DNA of 64,000 nt. It comes from Gemmatimonadota bacterium. Its GTDB lineage: Bacteria; Gemmatimonadota; Gemmatimonadetes; Gemmatimonadales; GWC2-71-9. The DNA lies in the NCBI GenBank assembly GCA_036679645.1, contig JAZDCY010000068.1, forward strand, positions 1 through 64,000. The letters are read 5' to 3'. The notes below the pieces were generated by a model. That model had not been told where the DNA came from and searched no databases. It saw only the letters and a program-made list of their open reading frames with translations. Shown here in pieces: positions 1-8,021 of this stretch; within the stretch, counting starts at the first letter, position 1; each line of letters begins with the position of its first letter. Position numbers and translations under genes: made by a program.

Positions 1-112
1 CAAACTGCGATCATGAAAGAGCTGAAGCTGGAACGCGCAGAGGAGAGGAGCAGGCGGGCAGCATGAGGTTGTCGGGGCCGTAAGAAGTTTCAACTAAGAT
101 TGGGCTTGACTC
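1..112 (+). mobile_element. Probable right end of an IS256-family insertion sequence (transposase C-terminal tail 1-66 plus terminal inverted repeat ~85-112)
   Basis: Frame 1 reads QTAIMKELKLERAEERSRRAA*, followed by AAGTTTCAACTAAGATTGGGCTTGACTC. Both resemble IS256-group transposase tails and right ends. The ORF immediately downstream lacks a plausible native start. Confidence 0.6.
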
Positions 113-897
113 GCAGCTTCTCCTTGATCCCCATACCATGCGACGGTAACTGCACTGCAAGCGGCGTTTGGGCTGCCTCGGCGACCGACGTGTGGGTGGT
201 TACCGGCAATCCGGGCAACGTAGGAAAGATACTGCACTGGGACGGCACCAATTTCACAGTCGAGCATGAAGGAGGTGTTTTCACCGACATCTGGGGATTC
301 GGCGGCACCAACCCGCACACCATGTACGCTGTTGGCGATCGAATCGTACAACGCGGCCACGACGGGACTTGGCAGGAGGTGGTAAGCCCGGACGACGTGC
401 CGGCTGTTTGCCACGATGATTTCGACCTCCTCGGAGTTGTCGGCCGCAACCCCAACGATGTCTGGGTCGTGGGGTTCTCACCTTGCATCCTGCATTACGA
501 CGGGAAGAGCTGGACCGAGATTGCGCGGCCCGACAATGCCACTCGGTTGGGGGGCGTGTGGGCGCTCGACGCGAAACGTATCCTCGTTGCCGGCCAGGGT
601 GGGGCTGACCAAGAGCAGGGGTTGATCTCGCTCTGGAGCAGCGTAGACGGAGGAGCGTCCTGGACACAGTTCAGCGACCCCGTGTTCACCGGGATTGCCG
701 GAGGATTTTTCGATCTCGCCGCCACGACCGGGGGCCAGCGCATTTACGCTCCGCGCATCTCCGGCTGGTTGCTGATCGGTACGCCGGGCGGTGGCGCGAA
801 CACCAATGCGATGGCTCTCTGGACAAGTCGCGTCTCAGTAGCATCTGGTTCGCCGAGGCCCGGTGGCTCAGGCGAGGTTATTCTCCCCGAGCAGTGA
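113..897 (+). pseudogene. C-terminal part of a beta-propeller-like repeat protein, probably interrupted by the IS
   Basis: Repeated 'GVWA.SATDVWVV / DIWGFG / GRNPNDVWVVG / ILH(W/Y)DG..W' units. The called TTG start (100) lies inside the putative IS inverted repeat. Confidence 0.6.
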
Positions 898-944
898 CCG
901 CGGAGAGGCAGACCCGTCGTTGCCACCGTCTTGCCGCAACCCGC

Positions 945-978
945 GAGCCCCGAGCGTCCCAGCGGCGTTCGTGGCTTT
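945..978 (+). terminator. Hairpin/terminator, related to the hairpin at 2786-2816
   Basis: GAGCCCCGAGCGTC...GGCGTTCGTGGCTTT follows the stop at 897, and a near-identical copy sits at 2786-2816. Confidence 0.45.
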
Positions 979-998
979 CAGGTTCGTGGTGTGGCCCC

Positions 999-1085
999 GA
1001 GACGTTCACGCAGCCCGATCCCGAGTACGTGTGGATGCGCGAGGAGGCCCAGCAGGCGCTCGAAACGTTGGCGCGGGGACGATGA
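999..1085 (+). pseudogene. Orphan C-terminal tail (ETFTQPDPEYVWMREEAQQALETLARGR*), resembling the ends of TPR-containing kinases
   Basis: Short coding-like segment with no start. A paralogous degenerate copy lies at ~1650-1739. Confidence 0.4.
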
Positions 1086-1095
1086 TGAGCGACCT

Positions 1096-1315
1096 GTGAA
1101 AAAGCTAGCTGTCCTGGCTTGCACAGCAGTCCTGATCGGTGCGGGCACGACCGCCGCGTTTGGGCAGCGGATCATCCAAGAGTGTGAACTCAACACCGGG
1201 CATTACCTGCTGCGGAGCGCGGTCACGTACCTCCGGGCGGCGGAGAGCACGCGGTTTCCAGATGAGCGCGGGCGGCACCTTCGTGACGCACGCCGCGTGT
1301 TGTTCGATGCACTTA
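1096..1315 (+). pseudogene. N-terminal fragment of a secreted (probably TPR-type) protein
   Basis: GTG start and signal peptide MKKLAVLACTAVLIGAGTTAAFG, followed by a helical segment. Plausible sequence ends at ~1315. Confidence 0.5.
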
Positions 1316-1615
1316 GGGCTCGTTGGGTCCACCGGCTGTCCAGGTGGGGACGAGGTACGGACACATCCCATCCTCCGTTCGACTGCGCTCCCGCCGGTGC
1401 CGAGACCGAGATCGGTGAGTGGCAGGACGTTCACGGTTCACTCTTGTGTCGACGCTCGGGGACGAGTGACCAGCGTGCGGGTCGACCCAGAAATCGCGGA
1501 CTTGTCCTATCTCAGAAGATTCCTCATTATCATGTACGAGACGATCTTTTTGCCCGCCACGGCGAACGACGGGACTCCAGTTCCCGGCGAGGCGCTATTC
1601 AGATTCCATCTGTAG
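1316..1615 (+). pseudogene. TonB C-terminal-domain-like fragment
   Basis: TFTVHSCVDARGRVTSVRVDPE...FLPATANDGTPVPGEALFRFHL* matches the TonB_C pattern (VD..G.V..V; F.PA...G.PV). No start. Confidence 0.55.
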
Positions 1616-1649
1616 TCTTGGGGAATCGCTGGTTGCGCCGTGATTCAAG

Positions 1650-1739
1650 CACGACCCTCACGCTGCCCGATCCCGAGTGCGCGCACATGGTGACCGAGGC
1701 GCAGAGCAGGCGCTAGAAGCGTTGGCGAGAGGACGGTAG
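1650..1739 (+). pseudogene. Second, frameshifted copy of the PDPE...QALEALARGR* tail
   Basis: CCCGATCCCGAGT...AGCAGGCGCTAGAAGCGTTGGCGAGAGGACGGTAG aligns with 1014-1085. Confidence 0.45.
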
Positions 1740-2019
1740 GTAACGTCACGGTCGCGATGATGCGCTGGGAGGGCATGTGCCGGAGTGCGGATTCCAGAAG
1801 CTCAAACGTACGCGTTATGCCTCCTCAGTGACCGGACACCTTAGATGTGATGTGGTGGGCCATTGCGCGAGAGATGTTGGCGCCGATCCAAACCGAGGCA
1901 CATCTTATCGAAAGGCAAAACGTCTCCGGGATCGACTCGGGGACACGCCCACGGCGGGCGCCGCTCGGCCAGGTCCATCCCTCCCGCCGCGTTGACCTCG
2001 GACCGCGAGAGAGGCCACC

Positions 2020-2685
2020 ATGCCGATCCAGGACATCATTCGCGACTCGTTCGCCAGTTTCATGACCGGGCTCGGTGAATTCCTGCCCAACATCCTCGCC
2101 GCGCTCGTCATCCTCCTTGTGGGCTGGATCGCCGCCAAAGTGCTCAAGGCCGCCGTAGTCCGAACGCTGAAACTCATCAAATTTCACGTCCTCGCCGAAA
2201 AAGCGGGGATCGACGAGTTCCTGGTCAAGGGAGGCGTCACGCATTCGGCGGTGGATCTGCTGGCCGTCCTGGTGTACTGGCTCGTGATGCTCATCGTGCT
2301 GCTCATGGGGGTGAACGCGCTGCGGCTTGAGATGGCGTCCCAGATGCTCAACCAGATCCTCCTGTATGTCCCGAACGTCATCGTCGCCGTCATCGTGCTC
2401 GTGGTCGGCCTCTACGCGGCCAACTTCGTTGCCGGATTGGTGAGAACGGCGGCGGCCAACGCGGGCATCGAGGAGGCCCAGCTTCTCGCGGCGGTGGCAC
2501 GCTACGCGTTAATCGTCTTCGCGTTCGCGATCGCCCTGAGTCAGCTACGGATCGGTGAAGGCATCGTGGCCAACGGCTTCCTTATTGTGTTCGGCGCCGC
2601 GTGCCTCGCCGCCGCGCTGGCCGTCGGGCTAGGCGGTCGGGAAACCGTCAGCCGATACTTGAACCGGCGCTTCGGCAGCAGCTAG
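2020..2685 (+). CDS. Mechanosensitive-channel TM_helix repeat membrane protein (CmpX-like)
   Basis: Two 'PN(I/V)(L/I)(A/V)A(L/V)..L.VG..AA' TM-helix repeats, C-terminal ALAVGLGGRE, and a GAGAGG SD. Confidence 0.85.
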   Translation: MPIQDIIRDSFASFMTGLGEFLPNILAALVILLVGWIAAKVLKAAVVRTLKLIKFHVLAEKAGIDEFLVKGGVTHSAVDLLAVLVYWLVMLIVLLMGVNALRLEMASQMLNQILLYVPNVIVAVIVLVVGLYAANFVAGLVRTAAANAGIEEAQLLAAVARYALIVFAFAIALSQLRIGEGIVANGFLIVFGAACLAAALAVGLGGRETVSRYLNRRFGSS

Positions 2686-2785
2686 GCACCCCTCGATTCG
2701 AGAGAGGTTCAGACACTCACAGACCTCGCCGGGGCGGTTGCCGGTAGTGGGCGGTAGCTAGCTGTCTTTGAGCGCGATGCAGGAC

Positions 2786-2816
2786 AGCCCCGAGCGTCCG
2801 AGCGGCGTTCGGGGCT
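2786..2816 (+). terminator. Hairpin, second copy of the 945-978 element
   Basis: AGCCCCGAGCGTC-CGAGC-GGCGTTCGGGGCT inverted repeat. Confidence 0.45.
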
Positions 2817-3134
2817 CGGTTCTCGGCATTGAACGGCCACCCTCCTCCCGAACCCCGTCTGTGGCCATAGCAACAGGAGCTACCGCGAGCGGAAACAAGG
2901 CTCGACAAGACACCTTGACCGGTTCAGTCAAGGAGAAACGCGCCTGCTCAGCGCGTTTCGTGATCCTTAGGTGTTCCCGTCAAGTAGAGACGCGCTTGTC
3001 CGGCGCGCCGCAACGCGGATGATAATTATTACGCGTTGGGTGGACCAGTCGTAACTCAAACGTACAAATCGGGAAAAACGATGGCGTTACGGCGTCACGC
3101 CGACGCGCGCTTTTCACGATCTGTCACACTGAAT

Positions 3135-3230
3135 GACGATCAGTCGGGCACACCGAAGGCACACTAACCTGATCGCGTGAGCTTGGTAGCCAAGAGGGGA
3201 GATCGGTGAGTACCGACCTCCCCTCTTTCT
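3135..3230 (+). ncRNA. Candidate small RNA (three hairpins, ending in an intrinsic terminator)
   Basis: Extended -10 TGtCACACT (3122-3130). Stem CGATCAG/CTGATCG (3137-3143/3169-3175) encloses GGCACAC twice. Hairpin CTTGG-TAG-CCAAG. Terminator AAGAGGGGAG..TCGGT-GAGT-ACCGA..CTCCCCTCTTTCT. No credible ORF. Confidence 0.45.
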
Positions 3231-3259
3231 ATCGCCGTCTGACAGGTGACAGGTCGTCG

Positions 3260-5878
3260 CTAGTTCCCCACCTTCGTCTTCAGCTCCTCGAGGAAGTTCT
3301 GGACGAGGACCAGGCGCGGCTCCTCCTCGGCGTCGTCCGTCTCCACCGTCCGAATCATGAGGAAGCGCCGGCCGTCCGGCGCGATGTCGTAGGGCGGATG
3401 GAGGCCGCCCATACTGTAACGCTCGTCGACGAACAGCTCACGCGACGCCACGACCGAAAACGTCGGTGATGTCGTCACCTCCACGGCCACCATGGCGTCG
3501 CCCGCAGTGTAGAAAAGCTCGCGGCCGGTCGGTGACCACCGTGGGGTTTCTCCACCCGTCGTGGATACGGACCACTTTCCGTCGTCGCTGTTCGGAAACG
3601 GCACGACGTACACCTCCATCCTGCCCGTCTCGTCCGACGCATACGCCAGCCAGCGTCCGTCCGGTGACAGGGCAGGACTCAATTCGTAGGCCCTCGTAGC
3701 CACGACCTCCCGGGGCGCCGAATCCACACCGGGTCGGATCGCCAGGATGTCTCCATGGCCGGCCATATTGAGGTTCGTGCGGTAAACCAACCACGTGCCG
3801 TCCCGGGACCACGCCGGCGCCACGGCCCCACGTGGATCGGACAGGGTTTGCACCGCCTGACCACTGCCGTCCGCGCGGCGGGTCACCAGTGACGAGTCGC
3901 CGGCCCCCGTGATCGAATCGCCTTCCGGCGTCCAGGTCGGGTGGCCGATCCGCTCATCGTCGAACGTGAGCCGGATCGGGGGTGTCCCGTCCAGTCTCTT
4001 GACCCACACTTCGCCGTCGTGGGTAACCGCGAGTGCCCTGCCGTCCGGTGACAGAGCCGGGCGACCGAACCCTCCCACCCAGTCCGGATCGATGGGGTCG
4101 GCCTCACCGTTCCGGTTCACCCACACCAACTCGCGGTCCGGCGAAGCTGCACCGGTTTGGTACAGCAGCGTCCCGTTGCCTGAGAGGGCGAAAAGCGTGT
4201 GTGACGACCCCCGCACCTCCACGTTCGCGATCAGCGACACAGGGGGACCTGGCTCGAGGCTCTGCAAGTCGAAGGGGGCCGCTAGCAGGGTGCCGTCCGC
4301 CGTGGTGTAGACGATGTGGCCGGACGCGGCGTAGCGGGCCATCGTCCCGTCGAGGACTTCGCGCGGAACACCTCCGTCCGGTCCGACCACCGCGATCCTG
4401 CTCTGCGTGGCGTAACTGCGGCGCACCGTGAGCAGCAGCCCCATCCCGTCCGGAAGCGGAGCCGGCATGACCTGCACGCCGTCGACCTCGGTGGTCCACG
4501 CTTCCGGCTCCTGTCCCCCCACCCTCACCCGATAGATGATCTGATCGCGCGCGAAGTAGAGCGTGCCATCGTCGGCCCACGCCGGGTCTTCACCGTCGGC
4601 GATCGTGAGTGTCGGCCCCCCGGCGAGCGGTACCGTGAGGATGGTACCGGCTCGCGTGAAGGCGAGCCGATCCCCATCGGGCGACACCGCCGCGCTCGTT
4701 GCCCCTTCCGTCCCCGGCACCGGCGTCGGGTCCAGCTCTTCGAGAGACCGCACCCACAGCTGCGTGCCGCTGTCCGCTGCCTCACCCACGTACACGATGC
4801 GCATGCCGTCGGGAGACAGCGCAACGGCAGTACCGGATGGATCCAAGACCCTGCCCGCCCTCGGTGTCACGTCGAGGCGCGTCACTACCGGCGGGGGTGA
4901 TGGACGCAACCAACTCCACGCGGCAAGGGCGAGCGCGAGGACGGTGACGGCGGCGAGCGTCAGAGTGACGGCGGACCTACGGACCGACGGATCGGCGGCC
5001 GCGACGGGTCGGGGGGCCGACGGGCCGGCGGACCGTGTGGTGAACGACGGGTTCGCAAGCGCCTCGGCGAAGGCCCTCGCGGAGTCGAATCGATCGGCTG
5101 GGAGCTTCTCCAGCGCCGTGGCCACCGCTGCCGAGATGTTGGGTGGGACGTTCTTGCGGCGCGCGGTGACCGGCTGGGCGTCCTCGGCAATGATCTTCAT
5201 GATGATCTGCTGCGCCGAGTTCCCCATGTGCGGTGGCTCGCCCGCGAGCATCTCGTAGAGCACGCTGCCCAGCGAGTACACGTCGGAGCGGGCCGTGATG
5301 TCCTTGTCCGCCGTGGCCTGTTCGGGCGACATGTAATGCGGCGTGCCGAGAGATAGGCCCGTCTCGGTCATGCGGCCGCCCGCCGCAGCGCTCACCGCCA
5401 ACGCAATCCCGAAATCGGCCACCATCGGCCGGCCATCATGCAGCAGAATGTTCTCGGGCTTGATGTCCCGATGGATCACATTGTGCCGATGCGCGTAGTC
5501 GAGCGCGTCAGCGATGGCGGTGGCCACGCTCACCGATTCGTCAATGCCGAGTTGGGTCTCGCGGTCCAGTTTCTCCCGCAGCGTTTCTCCGTCGATGAAC
5601 GGCATCACGTAGTAGAGGAAGCCGTCCGCTTCCCCAGAATCGAACAGCGGCAAGATGTGCGGATGCTGCAGATTCGCCGTGGTCGTGATCTCTTGCACGA
5701 AGCGTTCGGCCCCGAGCACGGCCGCGAGTTCGGGTCGCAGCACTTTGACCGCGACCTTGCGTTTGTGCTTGAGGTCCTCGGCGAGGTAGACGGTCGCCAT
5801 TCCACCTTCGCCGAGATGCCGCTCGATCTGATAGCGGTCCGCAAGGGCGGTCGAAAGCCGAGCAGTGATGTCACTCAT
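3260..5878 (-). CDS. Hanks-type Ser/Thr protein kinase with TM helix and TolB/PD40 beta-propeller
   Basis: GEGGMATVY, VAVK, HRDIKPEN, DFG and GTPHYMSPEQ motifs, then a TM segment and repeated (L/W)SPDG units. Confidence 0.95.
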   Translation of the reverse strand: MSDITARLSTALADRYQIERHLGEGGMATVYLAEDLKHKRKVAVKVLRPELAAVLGAERFVQEITTTANLQHPHILPLFDSGEADGFLYYVMPFIDGETLREKLDRETQLGIDESVSVATAIADALDYAHRHNVIHRDIKPENILLHDGRPMVADFGIALAVSAAAGGRMTETGLSLGTPHYMSPEQATADKDITARSDVYSLGSVLYEMLAGEPPHMGNSAQQIIMKIIAEDAQPVTARRKNVPPNISAAVATALEKLPADRFDSARAFAEALANPSFTTRSAGPSAPRPVAAADPSVRRSAVTLTLAAVTVLALALAAWSWLRPSPPPVVTRLDVTPRAGRVLDPSGTAVALSPDGMRIVYVGEAADSGTQLWVRSLEELDPTPVPGTEGATSAAVSPDGDRLAFTRAGTILTVPLAGGPTLTIADGEDPAWADDGTLYFARDQIIYRVRVGGQEPEAWTTEVDGVQVMPAPLPDGMGLLLTVRRSYATQSRIAVVGPDGGVPREVLDGTMARYAASGHIVYTTADGTLLAAPFDLQSLEPGPPVSLIANVEVRGSSHTLFALSGNGTLLYQTGAASPDRELVWVNRNGEADPIDPDWVGGFGRPALSPDGRALAVTHDGEVWVKRLDGTPPIRLTFDDERIGHPTWTPEGDSITGAGDSSLVTRRADGSGQAVQTLSDPRGAVAPAWSRDGTWLVYRTNLNMAGHGDILAIRPGVDSAPREVVATRAYELSPALSPDGRWLAYASDETGRMEVYVVPFPNSDDGKWSVSTTGGETPRWSPTGRELFYTAGDAMVAVEVTTSPTFSVVASRELFVDERYSMGGLHPPYDIAPDGRRFLMIRTVETDDAEEEPRLVLVQNFLEELKTKVGN

Positions 5879-6082
5879 CGTGCGCAAAGATACGGCGCCA
5901 ACGGCCCGGCGGCTACGCGAGCGGCGGCAGACGCACGGCGGTCACGAACGTTTGACGCGACCCGTTACCGCAGGGCCGAGATGTTGTGAGCCCTGCTATC
6001 GCCCGCTGTGCTGGGGGACCGGTATCTTCGGCTCGCGCCGGTGAGGGAGACGGCACGCCGGTTGGTGGGTCGCGTGATGCTC

Positions 6083-6187
6083 GCGGCCGCGGACCTGATC
6101 CAGCAGGTCGGGCGGGAGCGCCGTGGAGACGCCCTTGGACTCGGGGCGAGCGGCGTCGGGACGGATGAGCGTGATGGGGTCGCGCAT
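6083..6187 (-). pseudogene. N-terminal fragment of a membrane Ser/Thr kinase-type protein (…LPPDLLDQVRGR)
   Basis: MRDPITLIRP...STALPPDLLDQVRGR resembles the leader of a membrane-kinase family, then degenerates. Confidence 0.35.
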
Positions 6188-6237
6188 GAACCCGCGATAT
6201 CTATCCGCAGAGGCCGGGGGGCAAAAGAGGCAGCCGG

Positions 6238-6266
6238 TTGCGTGGCGACCCCGATGTACCTACACT
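6238..6266 (+). promoter_or_regulatory. sigma70-type promoter of rhlE, giving a ~140-nt structured 5'UTR
   Basis: TTGCGT-N17-TACACT. Confidence 0.6.
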
Positions 6267-6411
6267 TCGCGGCGTTGGGGGCTGGGCTTCCGACCCAGTA
6301 CCGCCCCCGCGCACACGGCGGCTCCGCAGCAAATCCACTCTATATACGTGCGCAGAACCAGTACGGCCGACCGGCAGAACGTCGGGGCCGTGCAATGACG
6401 ATAGGACCATT

Positions 6412-7722
6412 TTGCCCTTCAGTAACTTGCACCTCCACCCGAGTCTCGTTCGCGGGATCCGGGATCTCGGATTCGTCCGTCCCACACCCATTCAGACCGA
6501 GGCCGTGCCACCCGCGCTCGCGGGTCGGGACCTGATTGCCTGTGCCATGACCGGCAGCGGCAAGACGGCGGCCTTCCTGTGGCCGATCATGCACCAGCTG
6601 CTCGCCAACCCGCGGCGGGCGACGCGGGCCCTGGTCGTCACCCCCACGCGGGAGTTGGCGGCGCAGATCCTGGACGACCTGCGGGAACTCGGGAAGCACA
6701 CACCAATCACTGCGGCTGCGGTTTTTGGCGGCGTCGCGATGGGGCCGCAGGAGACCGCGTTCCGCCGGAAGGTGGACGTGCTCATCGCGACCCCGGGCCG
6801 GCTGCTCGACCACCTCCGGTCGGACTATGCATCGCTCGACGCCGTCGAGTTCTTTGTGCTCGACGAGGCCGACCGGATGCTCGACATGGGGTTTCTGCCC
6901 GACGTGAAGCGGATCATCGGGCAGCTGCCCAAGCGGCGCCAGACGCTCCTCTTCAGCGCGACGATGCCGGAACCGATCGTGAAGCTGACGCGGGAGATGC
7001 TGCAGTCGCCCGTGCGCATCCAGCTCCAGCGCAAGGCCGCTCCGGCAACGGGGATCACGCAGGCCGTGTATCCGGTGCGCGCGCAGCTCAAACGGGACCT
7101 GCTCGTGACGCTGCTCAAGCGCGGCGACCTGAACGAAGCGCTGGTCTTCACGCGCACGAAGCACCGTGCCGATCGGCTGACCAAAGCGCTCATCAGCGCC
7201 GGTATCGTGGCGGAACGAATCCACGGCAACCGGTCGCAGCCGCAGCGGACCGCGGCGCTCGCAGGCTTCAAGCGGGGAAAGTTCCGGGTTCTCGTAGCCA
7301 CCAACATCGCCGCGCGCGGCATCGACGTGGAAGCGTTGGGACACGTGGTGAACTTCGACGTCCCAAACGTGCCGGAGGACTACATCCACCGCGTGGGCCG
7401 TACAGCCCGGGCCGAAGCCACCGGAGAGGCGTTCACCCTCGTTGCACCGGAGGAAGAGGCAGATCTACGAGCGATTGAACGGGCAGTGGGACAGCGGCTG
7501 CCCCGGGTGATCGTGCCCGGCTTCGACTACAAAGCCAAGAACGATTCGACGCTCGAGGTCCCGATCGGCGAGCGGGTCGCCGCCATCCGCGCCCGCAAGA
7601 AGGAAGACCGGGAACGGGCCAAGATCAACGCGGATCGGCGCGCGGCCGCCGCCCAGCGCGCGGCGGCGCAGCCCGAGCGCAAGCGGTCGAAGCGATCACG
7701 CCGAACGCGGCGGTCCGCCTGA
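6412..7722 (+). CDS. rhlE: DEAD-box RNA helicase, RhlE-like
   Basis: Q motif PTPIQ, AMTGSGKT, PTRELA, DEAD, SAT, HRVGRTARA and a basic C-tail. TTG start after an AGGA SD. Confidence 0.93.
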   Translation: MPFSNLHLHPSLVRGIRDLGFVRPTPIQTEAVPPALAGRDLIACAMTGSGKTAAFLWPIMHQLLANPRRATRALVVTPTRELAAQILDDLRELGKHTPITAAAVFGGVAMGPQETAFRRKVDVLIATPGRLLDHLRSDYASLDAVEFFVLDEADRMLDMGFLPDVKRIIGQLPKRRQTLLFSATMPEPIVKLTREMLQSPVRIQLQRKAAPATGITQAVYPVRAQLKRDLLVTLLKRGDLNEALVFTRTKHRADRLTKALISAGIVAERIHGNRSQPQRTAALAGFKRGKFRVLVATNIAARGIDVEALGHVVNFDVPNVPEDYIHRVGRTARAEATGEAFTLVAPEEEADLRAIERAVGQRLPRVIVPGFDYKAKNDSTLEVPIGERVAAIRARKKEDRERAKINADRRAAAAQRAAAQPERKRSKRSRRTRRSA

Positions 7723-7797
7723 GAGCTTGTACCGCGGCTTGTAGGCTAGGTCGCCCCGACTCGATACTCTTCGCGTCGCACAGCGCCCGCTACGTGA

Positions 7798-7869
7798 CTA
7801 ACCGATAAGGCAGACGACAAGGTCACCCTCGATCTCAGCTGTCACACGCTTCGGAACGACCTTCGACAT
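7798..7869 (-). pseudogene. N-terminal remnant of a DUF4188 (af470-like monooxygenase) protein
   Basis: MSKVVPKRVTAEIEGDLVVCLIG* matches the family start '...TA.IEGDFVVFLIGMR' and stops after 23 codons. Confidence 0.65.
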
Positions 7870-8021
7870 GGATTCCGTCCTGATGTCAGGGCGATAGACA
7901 GGCCACCTAACGGTTCTGCGCTTCAACTGCGGGCGAACATGCACGTCCTGCACAGCGACCGTCAAACTGGCTCCCGGTAGGCGCACGCACCATCTTAGAG
8001 GTGCTGCCAACCGGAGCCCAC

